Positions 17,270 through 27,896 of a stretch of 44,545 nt of DNA are shown here, piece by piece (positions within the stretch are counted from its first letter, which is position 1; every line of letters begins with the position of its first letter). Location of the stretch: positions 1 through 44,545 of the forward strand of contig JBNMND010000003.1 in assembly GCA_051274975.1 (NCBI GenBank). The letters are read 5' to 3'. Position numbers and translations under genes: made by a program. The notes beneath the pieces are model-generated. The model was given only the letters and a program-made list of their open reading frames with translations. It was not told the DNA's origin and searched no databases. This stretch comes from Planctomycetota bacterium (GTDB lineage: Bacteria; Planctomycetota; UBA1135; UBA2386).

Positions 17270-20227
17270 ATGAACAAGTCGTCCCTACTGCTCTCTGTCT
17301 TCGCGCTGGTGTTCGCGCTGGGCGCCGTCATGTTCTTCATTGGCGGCGACGACAGCGCCTTGCCGGCGCCTCCTTCTGACGACTACTTCGAGAAGCAAGA
17401 TGATGACGCGGCCTCCTCCGCCGTTGTCGAAGCTTCGGCCGAGGCTGCGAGTTTTGAGGGTGCCGCTGACGAAGGCGAACTCGAACGCAGCGAGGTCGAG
17501 ATCCAAGTTGACGACTCGCCGCGCCTCGTGATCCAAGTTTGGGATCGCAAGAAGGGCAAGATCGCGCCCGAAGCGAAGGTCTACGTGCTCGAGGGCTACG
17601 AAGGACCCGAGATGAGCGATTCGTTTGCGCCGCACTGGTGTGAAGTCGCGATTGCCAAGGGCACGCGGTACACCGCCACATCCGAAGGCCGCGTGGTGCT
17701 GCCGCGCTTACAGAAGACCACCGTCATTGCCGCGACCCTGCCGGGCTCGAGTGGCATGACGCGGCTTCGCAAGGGGCACCGGGAAACGGAGTCGGTGGTG
17801 TTGCAGGCCGAGGAAACGGTGACGGTGCGCGTGACGGATCAACGGGGGCGCGTGCTCGCGAACGTTCCGGTTGGCATTCAGCAACGCATTCCCGAGCGCC
17901 TCAACCCCGAACGCGCGATCAAGCAATACAAGGAGCTCGAATCGTCGATTGCGGCTGCTAAGAAGCGGCTGTCAAGTGCCGCAAGTGCTGAGTTGCGAGT
18001 TCGTTCCGAACGCCGCCTGGTGGGCATGCAGCGTGAGCGCCAACAGTTGATGAAGCAATTGTACGCGATGAGGGACACCGGACCGGTTGCGAAGAAGTCC
18101 AAGGGCAAGAGTCCCGCTCCGAGCAAGAAGGTCAGCAAGGGCAAGTCTCCTTTTCCAAAGAAGATCGTGGCGGTTACTACGACCAAGATGGACCTGAAGG
18201 CTCGTCGACGCACCGACGCCGAGGGTTACGCTGTCTTCAAGCACTTCCAGCTCTACCGAAAGAACGCATCCGGTTGGTGGCCGAAGCAGCACCAGGATTG
18301 CTTCGAGGCCGTGCTGATGGTGCCGCTGGCCGAACCGGTGCGCGAGAGCTTCCGCGGCAAGCCAGTGCCCGAAGACGTGATCGAGTTGCGCATGCCGCCA
18401 ACGGGCAGCATTGCGCTGCGCACGGTCGATCGTGATGGACGACCGTTCACGCATCCGGTGCACGGGGAGTTGCGCATTATCGATGGCAAGAACCCGAAGT
18501 GGGCGCGGATGCCGATTCGCAAGGAGCAGAACGAGCGCGAGATCGTATTCCCGTTCGTCGGCCTCGGCATGCAGCTAGATGCCTCGTGCCGGCTGGATGA
18601 CAACGACTTCCGCTGGCGCGCGCCGGTGTTTGCCGGGCCGCAGCAACCTGGCGAGCGTCTGATCGTCGACCTGGTCGTAGCACCCGGCGCCGCGATGCTC
18701 TACGGCCGCTTGCTTGATGCCAGTGGCGTGGCGCTGGCGAACGCGAAGACGACGTTTCTGATCAACAGCATCCGTGGCCGTCTCGAAGGTGAAGAGGTGC
18801 TGCTCGATGACGAAGGCCGCTTCCACCTTCCGTATCAGCTCCGGGGACAGCATCAGCCGCCCTGGCGTCTGCAGGTTCGTTACCAAGAACGCAACCCGGT
18901 CCCGGGTCTTGCGACGACGCTTGGCGTGCTGCCGAAGGAAGGCGTCATGGACATCGGCGATCTGCAGATCGGCGACTTGACACGCATCACATTCGGCCGA
19001 GTCGTGAACGATCTCGGAGACGAGATCCCTGATGCGCGTGTGCAGTTGCAGCGTCAACGCGAGGTCGGCAGCCGTGCGCGGCTCAGTTGGCAAGATGAAG
19101 CCTTCGCGGTCACGACGACCGATGACGATGGCCAGTTCTCCTTGTTTGGGGATCTCGAGGCGGGTCGTTATCGCTTGCGCGTGACGGCGGGTGAGCACTT
19201 CCCCTACGAGCCGCCCAATCTACCTAGTCGTGATGGTGCCGTCATCAAGTTGGACCGTCGCTCGCGTGTCGTTGGTTCGGTGTTGCTGCCGAAGTGGTTG
19301 TCTAGCCGGCGCGTCAAGGTGCGCCTCGAGAGTCAGGTTGATCCGACCAAGGGCCGTGACGAGCGCATTATCAACTACCGTGGTCAGAAGCTGATCTACT
19401 TCGATTGGGTTAAGCCGGGCATCTACAGCCTCAGCTTACGCCTCGAGGACTTCCCGGACGCGTTCGTGCGGGTTGACGGCTTTGAGATTAAGTCCGGCCA
19501 GCGCGACATGCATCCGCGCTTGAAGGATCTCGACCTCGCGCGCGATCTCTACCGGTTCGAAGTCTTCGCTATAGATGAAGCCGGCAAACGCATGAACCCG
19601 AAGACGCCGCTGCGGGCGCGCGTGATGCGGCCCGATGGCAGTTATGCGATGGTCGGCTTTCAGTGGAAGGGTGGCCACACAGAGATTCTGACTTCACAGT
19701 CTTCGCTTGAGGTGTTGCCCGAAGAGCCGGGCTTCCGCTCACCGCCGAGCACGCTGATTGCCGGCCGCAATGAGTTGCGGTTTACTCGAGTGCCCGCTGT
19801 GACCTTGCAGACACCGGGGCTGCGTCAACTTGTTGGCGAGGAGTCGGTGTGGATCTCGATGGAGCTCGTCGAGAAGTCGGCGATGGCGTCATTCGATTCG
19901 CGCAGTCGACGGATCTCGAAGATGATGGTGCGGGCGAGCTCCAGTCACGGGCGGTTGAATGCGCGCGATCGCGCCTCCATGCGTCCGCTTCGCGATGGGC
20001 GCTATCGGGTGATCGCGCGTCTCGGTGACAAGCGACGTGGGGGGCTGGTCAACATCACGCTTGGCGAAGTCGATGTGCGCCTCGTGCCGGGTGGCCAGCC
20101 GAACGTGTTTACCGTCGCGGTTGATACCCAAGCGGTGATGACCGCGATGCAGGAAGTGGCACAGCGCCGGGCTGCGGCAGAACAGCGTGCGGCGTCCCGG
20201 CCAGCCGGCGGCCGCCGCGGCAAGTAA
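17270..20227 (+). CDS. Large membrane-anchored protein with carboxypeptidase-regulatory-like (beta-sandwich) repeats
   Basis: N-terminal TM; repeated VRVTDQRG / GRLLDASG / GRVVNDLG...TTTDDDGQFSLFGDLEAGRYRLRV motifs. Confidence 0.65.
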   Translation: MNKSSLLLSVFALVFALGAVMFFIGGDDSALPAPPSDDYFEKQDDDAASSAVVEASAEAASFEGAADEGELERSEVEIQVDDSPRLVIQVWDRKKGKIAPEAKVYVLEGYEGPEMSDSFAPHWCEVAIAKGTRYTATSEGRVVLPRLQKTTVIAATLPGSSGMTRLRKGHRETESVVLQAEETVTVRVTDQRGRVLANVPVGIQQRIPERLNPERAIKQYKELESSIAAAKKRLSSAASAELRVRSERRLVGMQRERQQLMKQLYAMRDTGPVAKKSKGKSPAPSKKVSKGKSPFPKKIVAVTTTKMDLKARRRTDAEGYAVFKHFQLYRKNASGWWPKQHQDCFEAVLMVPLAEPVRESFRGKPVPEDVIELRMPPTGSIALRTVDRDGRPFTHPVHGELRIIDGKNPKWARMPIRKEQNEREIVFPFVGLGMQLDASCRLDDNDFRWRAPVFAGPQQPGERLIVDLVVAPGAAMLYGRLLDASGVALANAKTTFLINSIRGRLEGEEVLLDDEGRFHLPYQLRGQHQPPWRLQVRYQERNPVPGLATTLGVLPKEGVMDIGDLQIGDLTRITFGRVVNDLGDEIPDARVQLQRQREVGSRARLSWQDEAFAVTTTDDDGQFSLFGDLEAGRYRLRVTAGEHFPYEPPNLPSRDGAVIKLDRRSRVVGSVLLPKWLSSRRVKVRLESQVDPTKGRDERIINYRGQKLIYFDWVKPGIYSLSLRLEDFPDAFVRVDGFEIKSGQRDMHPRLKDLDLARDLYRFEVFAIDEAGKRMNPKTPLRARVMRPDGSYAMVGFQWKGGHTEILTSQSSLEVLPEEPGFRSPPSTLIAGRNELRFTRVPAVTLQTPGLRQLVGEESVWISMELVEKSAMASFDSRSRRISKMMVRASSSHGRLNARDRASMRPLRDGRYRVIARLGDKRRGGLVNITLGEVDVRLVPGGQPNVFTVAVDTQAVMTAMQEVAQRRAAAEQRAASRPAGGRRGK

Positions 20228-20402
20228 CACTGGCAGACGCCAAGCGAGCGGCCAAACCAGCTTGGCGGTACCCGGGCTATTTGCGGCCCGGGCTCACCTC
20301 GGTTTGACGGCCGACCGTGCGGATATTCAGACTCTGCACAAATCGAAGGAAAGGAACGGGCGTCCGACGTCTACTTGCGACGGATTCGTGTCCACCAACT
20401 GT

Positions 20403-22349
20403 ATGTCGTTCCTGCTTTCCTCTCGTCGAGGGCCCCTCGGGCTCTTGGTCTCCTCCCTGCTTCTCCTGTCGATCACCGCGAGCTTGCCCGCGCAGCGTCG
20501 CGATGAGTTTTCGCGTGCGCCCGGCGCGCGACCGGATCACACGATTTTTAGTCCGCTGGATCTACCTGCGCCCAACCGGATTCGCACCGGCTCCGGCGCG
20601 CCCGGTGCCGACTACTGGCAGCAACGGGTCGACTACCGCATCGATGTGACGCTCGATCCGAAGACGCGCACGGTCAGGGGCAGCGAGCACGTCTTCTATC
20701 ACAATAACTCGCCGGACCCGCTCGACTACATCTGGGTTCACATCGAGCAGAACGTGCTGCGCAAGGACAGCATTGGCTCGTTGACTGACGGCGCCTCCGC
20801 GATGGGCGGTCCGACCGATCACAACGAAGGCGTTAGCATCACCGAAGTCAGTGCCGCGGGTAAGGATCTCGAGCACCAGGTCTACGACACGCTTATGCGC
20901 GTCACGATGCCGACGACGCTCGCGCCTGGCAAGACGTTCGAATGTGTCATCGCCTGGTCGTTCGATGTGCCCAAGCGCGTCTTCCGTCGCTACGGCACCA
21001 TGAACGTCAAGAAGGGCATCGTGTGGGAGTTGGCGCAGTGGTTCCCGGCCGTCGCCGTCTACGACGACGTCCATGGTTGGAACACGCTGCCGTATCTCGG
21101 CACCGGCGAGTTCTACACCAACTTCGGCGACTACGAACTCAACATCACCGCGCCGCGCGACCACATCGTTGTCGCAACTGGTGTGCTGCAAAATGAAGCG
21201 CAGGTCTACACAGCCACGCAACGCGAGCGTCTGGCGCAAGCGCGCGAGAGCACCGAGCCGGTGATGATCCTCAGCAAGGACGAGGTCGGCACGCCCGAAT
21301 CACGTCCACAAGGCGATGGTCCACTGACGTGGCGCTTCCACAGCAAGGACGTGCGCACGGTGGCCTTCGCATCCAGCGAGGCCTTTATTCTCGATGCCGC
21401 ATCGGTCGGCGACACGCTCGTGCAGTCGGTCTACCCCGAAGACTCGCTGCCAGTATGGGGCAAGTCGACGGCGATGCTGTGCGCTGCGATCAAGGGCTAC
21501 AACGAGCGTCTATACCCGTACCCCTATCCGGTCGCGACCAATGTCGCGGGCATCGAGGGTGGCATGGAATACCCCATGATCATCTTCTGTAGCGGTCGCA
21601 ACAAGCGGAACGATCGTGGTCTCTACGGCGTGACGACGCACGAGATCGGGCACAACTGGTTCCCGATGATGGTCAACACCGATGAGCGTCGCCACGCATG
21701 GATGGACGAGGGCTTCAACACGTTCATCAACATGTATTCGACGGCGGACTGGTTCAAGAAGAACAACAAGCCGTCCAAGCCGTCGTCCTATGCGATGATG
21801 ATGCGCATGCCGGGCATCCCGGTGGTGACGCAGGCGGATCGCCTTAACGGTTTGCAGTTGGGCTTGCTGCAATACCAGAAGACTGGTATCGGCCTGCAGC
21901 TGCTGCGCGAATACGTGCTCGGCCCAGAGCGCTTTGACTACGCGTTCCGCACCTACATCCACCGTTGGAAGTTCAAGTCGCCGCAACCGGCCGACTTCTT
22001 CCGCACGATGGAAGACGCAGCTGGCAAGGATCTCGCGTGGTTCTGGCGCGGTTGGTTCCTGGAGGATGCGTTGCTCGATCAAGCGATCGACGGCGTGCGC
22101 ATCAGTAGTCGCGGCGCGCGCATTACGTTCCTAAACAAGGAACGCATGGTCATGCCGATCACGTTCGAAGTCGAATACGAGGACGGCACCAAGGAAATCC
22201 AGCGTTTGCCGGTCGAGATCTGGTTCAAGTCGAACAAGGTCGTGCACACCGTGAAGTCCGAAAAAGAGATTGTTGCAGTGCGTCTCGACCCCGGGCGCAT
22301 GCTGCCGGACAACAAGCGCGGCAACAACTCGTGGAAGGCTGAGGAGTAG
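20403..22349 (+). CDS. M1 family metallo-aminopeptidase, secreted
   Basis: GGMEYP and HEIGH-x18-E (HEIGHNWFPMMVNTDERRHAWMDEG); APGADYWQQRVDY N-terminus. ATG 20403 precedes a signal peptide. Confidence 0.92.
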   Translation: MSFLLSSRRGPLGLLVSSLLLLSITASLPAQRRDEFSRAPGARPDHTIFSPLDLPAPNRIRTGSGAPGADYWQQRVDYRIDVTLDPKTRTVRGSEHVFYHNNSPDPLDYIWVHIEQNVLRKDSIGSLTDGASAMGGPTDHNEGVSITEVSAAGKDLEHQVYDTLMRVTMPTTLAPGKTFECVIAWSFDVPKRVFRRYGTMNVKKGIVWELAQWFPAVAVYDDVHGWNTLPYLGTGEFYTNFGDYELNITAPRDHIVVATGVLQNEAQVYTATQRERLAQARESTEPVMILSKDEVGTPESRPQGDGPLTWRFHSKDVRTVAFASSEAFILDAASVGDTLVQSVYPEDSLPVWGKSTAMLCAAIKGYNERLYPYPYPVATNVAGIEGGMEYPMIIFCSGRNKRNDRGLYGVTTHEIGHNWFPMMVNTDERRHAWMDEGFNTFINMYSTADWFKKNNKPSKPSSYAMMMRMPGIPVVTQADRLNGLQLGLLQYQKTGIGLQLLREYVLGPERFDYAFRTYIHRWKFKSPQPADFFRTMEDAAGKDLAWFWRGWFLEDALLDQAIDGVRISSRGARITFLNKERMVMPITFEVEYEDGTKEIQRLPVEIWFKSNKVVHTVKSEKEIVAVRLDPGRMLPDNKRGNNSWKAEE

Positions 22350-22368
22350 CGCGAGCCTCGGCTGGTCG

Positions 22369-22392
22369 TCGGCGCGACACCAGTCGCGCCGA
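22369..22392. terminator. Perfect 10-bp hairpin between convergent genes
   Basis: TCGGCGCGAC-ACCA-GTCGCGCCGA, 19 nt after the M1 peptidase stop. No clear U-tract. Confidence 0.55.
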
Positions 22393-22490
22393 GTGAAGTA
22401 GGGGCCATGGATGCCTCGGTCATGTGTGAACGCCATGGTCTACTCCAGAGACCCCGGGAAGACGTAGGCGTCGATCGGTTCACTCTCGGG

Positions 22491-22877
22491 CTAGCTGCCG
22501 AAAATGTCTCGCGGCACGGGGCTCGTGTCGCCGGTCCCGTGATCCCAGGTTGCGAGAGCCCAGTTGCCGGCAGTCGGAATCAATAGCAGCAGGTCACCGC
22601 TGCCGTCTTCGCCAATCGCTACGGCATCGCATGGGAAGTGTGGTCGTCCGCGTTCGCGTTGTGTGTGGCGGACGACATCAGCCCGGGACCGCTTGAGGCT
22701 CTTCTCGTCACTGTCGTCCCTGACTGGGAACAGCATCCAAGGGTCGTCGCCAGTGTCGCCGAGATCGACTTCACCGCCGTTGTTCTGCAGCAAGCGCTGT
22801 CGGTATCCAGCTGGGAACTGGGTGCCGAGTTGATCCTCGGCGAGGCTGATGAACGCGGCGTCAACGGGGAATGGCAT
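22491..22877 (-). CDS. SMI1/KNR4 family protein
   Basis: AEDQLGTQFPAGYRQRLLQNNGG and AVAIGEDGSGDLLLL...WDHGTG. Confidence 0.85.
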   Translation of the reverse strand: MPFPVDAAFISLAEDQLGTQFPAGYRQRLLQNNGGEVDLGDTGDDPWMLFPVRDDSDEKSLKRSRADVVRHTQRERGRPHFPCDAVAIGEDGSGDLLLLIPTAGNWALATWDHGTGDTSPVPRDIFGS

Positions 22878-22895
22878 GTGATGAGTTTGGCCCGT

Positions 22896-24170
22896 TTACT
22901 TCAGCAGGTCGATTGCAAAGTGCTCCGTGCCCTCGTCGTTGACGAAGCGAGCGCGAACCGAAGTCAGCTTGCCACCCAACTGCTTAGCATCGATCAGCAA
23001 GAACGTGTGCGGCTCGCCCATGTCCTTGATCAGCCCCGGGTGCGGTGCGTTGGCAGTCTTGATGATGCTGTGATGCATCGGCGAACTGATCAGCTCGATG
23101 ATGTCGTAGCCCGCGGCCTTCTTGGTCGCGTGGCGCACGACGCGCGAGCGGTGGATGTCGCCGCCGACGAGCACGACGCCTGTGATCTTGTTGCGGCCGA
23201 TCTCCTTGAATAGTGCGGAACGCTCATGCGGGTAGCTGCCCCAATGGTCTTGCTTGTTCGGGCGCGTGGCCTCGTTCCAAATCATCCCGCAGGCGAGCAC
23301 CTTGACCGGCGCTGTCGACTCGGTGAGGCCCTTCAGTAGCCACTTCCATTGCTTGCTGCCAAGCAGTGACGCGTGATGGCGCAAGAACGGTGAAGGCTCG
23401 GTTGCCGCGAACGTGCGGGTGTCGAGCACGAACACCTCCACTGGGCCGCGGCGGAACTTCGTGTAGATGCCGTTCTGGCCGTCGCCGTAAGAAGGGTTGG
23501 CGTGGTATTCGAGGAACGCCTGCCGCGAGTTGGCCTTGCCACGCATGCGGCCGTCGGTGTCGTTGTCGCCGAAGTCGTGGTCATCCCACGTGCCATACCA
23601 ACTGGTCGTGCGCAGCAAGTCCGCCATCGGCGCAAAGCCAGCAAACTCGGCGTAGCGGCGGCGCTGCACATTGATCTGCGTGTTGTTGATGTATGGCGTG
23701 TCGCCGAGCAGCACGACGGCGTCTGGCTTCTCGACTGCGACGCGCTTCCACGCGTTGCCGGTGCCTTCGTCTTCGTAGCAGCATGAACCAAACATCAGGC
23801 GCACGTTACCGTCCGCGTCGTTTGTCGGTGCCGTGCGCAGAACGTAGTCGTCACCGCCGCACACTAGCTTGCCCGCGGCCGTCTCGATGCGGTAGCCGTA
23901 GCTGCTGTCGGCGTCCATGCCCGCCAGCTCGAACACCATGCAGAAGTCATTCTCTGGCTTGGCCACCGCCGCCGCTTTGAAGTGGCTCTTAGCGTTCGTG
24001 ATGCTTTGCGCTTTCAACACGTACTTGCCAGCAATACTCGCGCGCGCCCAGACATGCACCGAGCTGCTGTCGGTATGGCCGACTAGCGGTCCTTGCTTCA
24101 GTTGCGGGGCCTGCGACGCGAGAGAGGTGGCAAGCAGTGCGGTCAGGGCCGCCGTGGAGAAACAGTTCAT
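22896..24170 (-). CDS. PhoD-like alkaline phosphatase/phosphodiesterase, secreted
   Basis: FGSC, LLGDTPY, WDDHD, LDTRTF, LLGSKQWKWL, GGDIH. Signal peptide; ATGA overlap with the upstream gene. Confidence 0.88.
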   Translation of the reverse strand: MNCFSTAALTALLATSLASQAPQLKQGPLVGHTDSSSVHVWARASIAGKYVLKAQSITNAKSHFKAAAVAKPENDFCMVFELAGMDADSSYGYRIETAAGKLVCGGDDYVLRTAPTNDADGNVRLMFGSCCYEDEGTGNAWKRVAVEKPDAVVLLGDTPYINNTQINVQRRRYAEFAGFAPMADLLRTTSWYGTWDDHDFGDNDTDGRMRGKANSRQAFLEYHANPSYGDGQNGIYTKFRRGPVEVFVLDTRTFAATEPSPFLRHHASLLGSKQWKWLLKGLTESTAPVKVLACGMIWNEATRPNKQDHWGSYPHERSALFKEIGRNKITGVVLVGGDIHRSRVVRHATKKAAGYDIIELISSPMHHSIIKTANAPHPGLIKDMGEPHTFLLIDAKQLGGKLTSVRARFVNDEGTEHFAIDLLK

Positions 24171-27100
24171 TTGGTCAGCAGTTCGCGAATCGGAAAGCGC
24201 AGGTAGTAAAGCTCGCGGCGGCCTTCATACACAACGCCAACGTGCTCGTTATCTACTTGCGTCAGGCACGAGTAGCCGGCGCCGGGCCGTTGGTCGTAAC
24301 GCGTATGCCAGCGAGCAGGCCACGTTGCACCATCGTCGGTGCTGACCTTCAGCGTCATGTCGAAGCGGCCGGCCGCCGTGTTGGGGTTGGAGAACACCAG
24401 CAGGCGACCAAGTTCCTTGTGGTCGACGCGCAGCAGGCTCGCCATGCATGTCGGCTCGATCAAGCCGTGCCGCGACGTCGCATGCACCGTCCAAGTCTTG
24501 CCAAGGTCGTTGGTCGTGTAGATCGAACGGCTACCGCGGCGGTTGTCGCGACAGTTGATCATCAATACGCCATCTTCGAGTTCGACGAGTTGCGCTTCGG
24601 TCGTGTCGACCTTCGCGCCGGTGCCGATCTGCCACGTCTCACCGCGATCCATCGAGCTGATCAGGGTCGAAAACGGCTTACCCTTGTGAGGCCCATCCGG
24701 GGCGCTGCGATACTGCGCCGCGAGCACCAGCGTGCCGTCGCGCATGGTGATGCCGGCCCCCGGACCTTGCAGCACGAAGCGCCACTTCGGATCCTTGATC
24801 TGCTTGGTGATGTTGCGCGGCTTCGACCACGTCTTGCCGTCGTCGTCACTGTGAACCAGCATGAACTGCCCGGTCTCGGCGGGCTCCATGCCTGGCCCCG
24901 AACCGTTCCACGAACGATTGCCGTGGCTCCACGTCGCGCCGGCCCAGATCCGGCCGTTGACCGTGTCGACCAGCACTTCCGGATCGCCAATGCCGTCGTA
25001 GTGCCACTTCTTGTCGTTGCCCATGTCCATGATCACGCGCATCGGCTCCCACGTGGCGCCGCCATCGGTGCTGCGACTCATGCCGACATCAACGTCGCCA
25101 GGAAGGTCGCCGCCACCGCGGTAACGATTGTCATAGACGGCGATCAGCGTGCCCTTGTTGGTCGTCGCCAAGCCGGGAATGCGATACGTGTGGCAGTTGT
25201 CTTGGCCGGCGGTGCGCAGCGCGACGCCGATGCGTTGCGCGGTGCCGCCGCCGTCGGGATGCAGCGTCTCGCCATTGGAGAGCGTTACTTCGGTGGCGCG
25301 GACCTGTACCCTCGAATCGAGGTTCGCTGCGGCGGTAAGGTCGACAGCAATCGCCAGTTCGTTGTCGCCATTGGCTAGCGCTGACTTCCCCTCGAACACC
25401 ATCGTCCGGCTCGCCGGCTTTTGCTGGCCGAGCGCGTGCACGTAAGCGATGCCCGCAAGGTCGGTGTCGTTCGAAAAGGTGAGCTGCACTTGCGTGACGG
25501 ATAGCGGCTTGTTGTGGCCGGTCGTCTTGATTGCAATCTTCGCGATTGGGCTGGTCTTGCCACGCAACGCCGGCGCGACCCAAAGTCGATGTTGGGATCC
25601 GAGCACGCGCATCGGCACCGCGTCAGCGAGTTGCAGGTCGTCGATCAGCACGCCACTCTTCGCTGGCGTTGTGCTACGGAACCGCAACGCAGTGACGCCC
25701 TTTGGCAGGTCCGCTTCCACTTGGCTCAAGAATCGACTGCCGACACGCACCTTGTCGCCGTTGTAGATCTCTTTCCAGCGACTACCGATACGCGCTTCGA
25801 CGCGGAACGTGAACGGCGCGCGGCTGGTCCAGCGCTCGGCGACAAACGAAATGCGGCGAGGCCCGCGTTGCGTCAGCGCGATCGTTGCTTGTCGATCCTC
25901 ACCGCCATGCAGATGCAGGCACTGCTTGCCCGAGTGCGCGAATTGCTTGCTGATCTCGGCATGTCCCTTGTCGGCCTGCCACTTGCCTTGTGGTGATGCG
26001 GCGGTTTCCAGTGCGCCGACCGCGATCTCCTCGAAGCTGTCGATGTCTAGCGTGACCGCCGCGGTCGTTATCTTGGTCCACGTGTCCGTGCGGAACGGCG
26101 CAGCTGGCAACCGCGCGTTGTTGACCAGATTCGTTCTTGGGTCGCTCGCGAACGCGTATCGCACGGCCACTGGTTGCTTGACCTGTGCCGAGCGCAAGTG
26201 GATCGTCGATCCGGCGATCGTCGCGATCGCTGGATGAAACTGCTTGTTGGAACCGGCGATAGAGAATCCCAGCACTGGTTTGTTGTCGATCGTGCGCAGT
26301 CCATGCCCATGGTCGAAGTGCACCGTTGCGCGGGCGCCATCGATACGCATCTTGGCGAACCGCGGCCCACTGGTCGCGACGGCTTGACCGTAGACCTGAG
26401 CCAACGCGAGTTGCGCGAGGCGGTCGCCGACGGGCACCTTGCGGCGAGGATGCACATCGCTCGGGTGACCAACGTCGATCGTGACGGCCATGTCAGCGTG
26501 CGCGTCTTCCTTGGCTACTCGCGCCTGCATCTCGCGGAACGTAGGCCAGTTGCGATCGAGGCCTGGCAGCTGCACGAAGAAGAACGGCAGTTCTGCGTTG
26601 CTCCAGTTCGCGCGGAAGCTGGCAATCAAGCTCGTGAAGATGGCGTGGTTGAGCGCCTGGCTACGCGGACGATTGCCAGGGATGTCGGTCGCGTCAGATT
26701 CACCTTGGTACCAAACGACGCCCCGAATCGGCAGCTGCTTGAGCGGCTCGATGCCGGCGTCAAACAAGAACGACGGTTCGAATGGATGGTGGGGTTGCTG
26801 GCCAGTCGGCTTGTCAAACCACGCCACCAGATTCTGCTTCACGCGCCTGCGACACCAGGCTGGGTAGCCGTCACCGGCCTGCCATGATGCCATCGACTTT
26901 CTGACGACGGGGGCAACGGCGGATCCATTCAATGGCAAGAACGCGGCCATCGGCGATCCACCGATGGCATTGTGGATGACTCCGATCGGCACACCGGCTT
27001 CCCGCGCGAGGCGCCGGCCAAACACAAACGCCACGCCCGAGAAGGTGTTCGCCGATTCGCGTGACGCTTGTTGCCAGCCCTTGGTCGAGTAGTAGTTCTC

Positions 27101-27637
27101 TGGCTTCAGCCGCTTGAGGAAGTCCAACTCGTAGCGCTTCGATGTCGGGTATAGCGAGCCTTCGTAGTCGATGACCCGCAGGTTCTTCACGTCGGCCGCG
27201 GCGAGGATCTCACTTGCCTCTGCCGACTGGTTGACACGCCATCGCATGTTCGACTGGCCGGTGCACAGCCACAGATCACCAACCAGAACGTCGTGCAGGG
27301 TGACCGTTTGCTCGCGGTTACCAAGCTTCGCACTCACCACCAAGTCCGATGCACTTGCATTGGCCGGCAGTGCCGGCAACGTGACGGCAAAGCGACCGTC
27401 CCTGGCCTTCGCGTCACCTTGGAGTTCGCCGATGTTGACGGACACGTTCGCGCCGGTCCACGCACGCCCCCAGACGGTGATCGCGTGGTCGCGCTGCAGC
27501 ACCATGTGGTCGCTGAACGCCGAGGCGAGTTGCAAGAGTGCTGGTTTCTGACCGTTGTCCTGTGCGTGAGCAAGGGCAACGAAGAGCATGGGCAGCAGCG
27601 CAGTGCGCAGAAGATTGGAGCAGCTCGGCAGGTGCAT
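24167..27637 (-). CDS. Sialate O-acetylesterase - GH33 sialidase fusion, secreted
   Basis: N-half SGNH/SASA motifs GQSNM, WYQGES, DVHP. C-half YRIP plus Asp-boxes STDGGATW, SDDDGKTW, SMDRGETW, TNDLGKTW, STDDGATW. Confidence 0.9.
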   Translation of the reverse strand: MHLPSCSNLLRTALLPMLFVALAHAQDNGQKPALLQLASAFSDHMVLQRDHAITVWGRAWTGANVSVNIGELQGDAKARDGRFAVTLPALPANASASDLVVSAKLGNREQTVTLHDVLVGDLWLCTGQSNMRWRVNQSAEASEILAAADVKNLRVIDYEGSLYPTSKRYELDFLKRLKPENYYSTKGWQQASRESANTFSGVAFVFGRRLAREAGVPIGVIHNAIGGSPMAAFLPLNGSAVAPVVRKSMASWQAGDGYPAWCRRRVKQNLVAWFDKPTGQQPHHPFEPSFLFDAGIEPLKQLPIRGVVWYQGESDATDIPGNRPRSQALNHAIFTSLIASFRANWSNAELPFFFVQLPGLDRNWPTFREMQARVAKEDAHADMAVTIDVGHPSDVHPRRKVPVGDRLAQLALAQVYGQAVATSGPRFAKMRIDGARATVHFDHGHGLRTIDNKPVLGFSIAGSNKQFHPAIATIAGSTIHLRSAQVKQPVAVRYAFASDPRTNLVNNARLPAAPFRTDTWTKITTAAVTLDIDSFEEIAVGALETAASPQGKWQADKGHAEISKQFAHSGKQCLHLHGGEDRQATIALTQRGPRRISFVAERWTSRAPFTFRVEARIGSRWKEIYNGDKVRVGSRFLSQVEADLPKGVTALRFRSTTPAKSGVLIDDLQLADAVPMRVLGSQHRLWVAPALRGKTSPIAKIAIKTTGHNKPLSVTQVQLTFSNDTDLAGIAYVHALGQQKPASRTMVFEGKSALANGDNELAIAVDLTAAANLDSRVQVRATEVTLSNGETLHPDGGGTAQRIGVALRTAGQDNCHTYRIPGLATTNKGTLIAVYDNRYRGGGDLPGDVDVGMSRSTDGGATWEPMRVIMDMGNDKKWHYDGIGDPEVLVDTVNGRIWAGATWSHGNRSWNGSGPGMEPAETGQFMLVHSDDDGKTWSKPRNITKQIKDPKWRFVLQGPGAGITMRDGTLVLAAQYRSAPDGPHKGKPFSTLISSMDRGETWQIGTGAKVDTTEAQLVELEDGVLMINCRDNRRGSRSIYTTNDLGKTWTVHATSRHGLIEPTCMASLLRVDHKELGRLLVFSNPNTAAGRFDMTLKVSTDDGATWPARWHTRYDQRPGAGYSCLTQVDNEHVGVVYEGRRELYYLRFPIRELLTK

Positions 27638-27896
27638 GCAGTCGGCGAGTGGTTGGGCGTGGGCTGGAGTCTGGGTGCGAGACCCATGACACCGCAGAGG
27701 CTCTTAGCATTCACGTTGAATACGGACTCGCGAGCGTCGCGCCGTTGCCGTAGAGCGTGCCGCGCTCTAGCACATGTGGGCCAAATGTGACGGTTTCGCT
27801 GTCCCCGCACCTGGATATGTCTCAAGGAGGCAACTGGTGTGGGCGTACTAGCTTGCGCGCCGTTGAGTGCACGCCTCGAACGACAGGTAACCCCTT

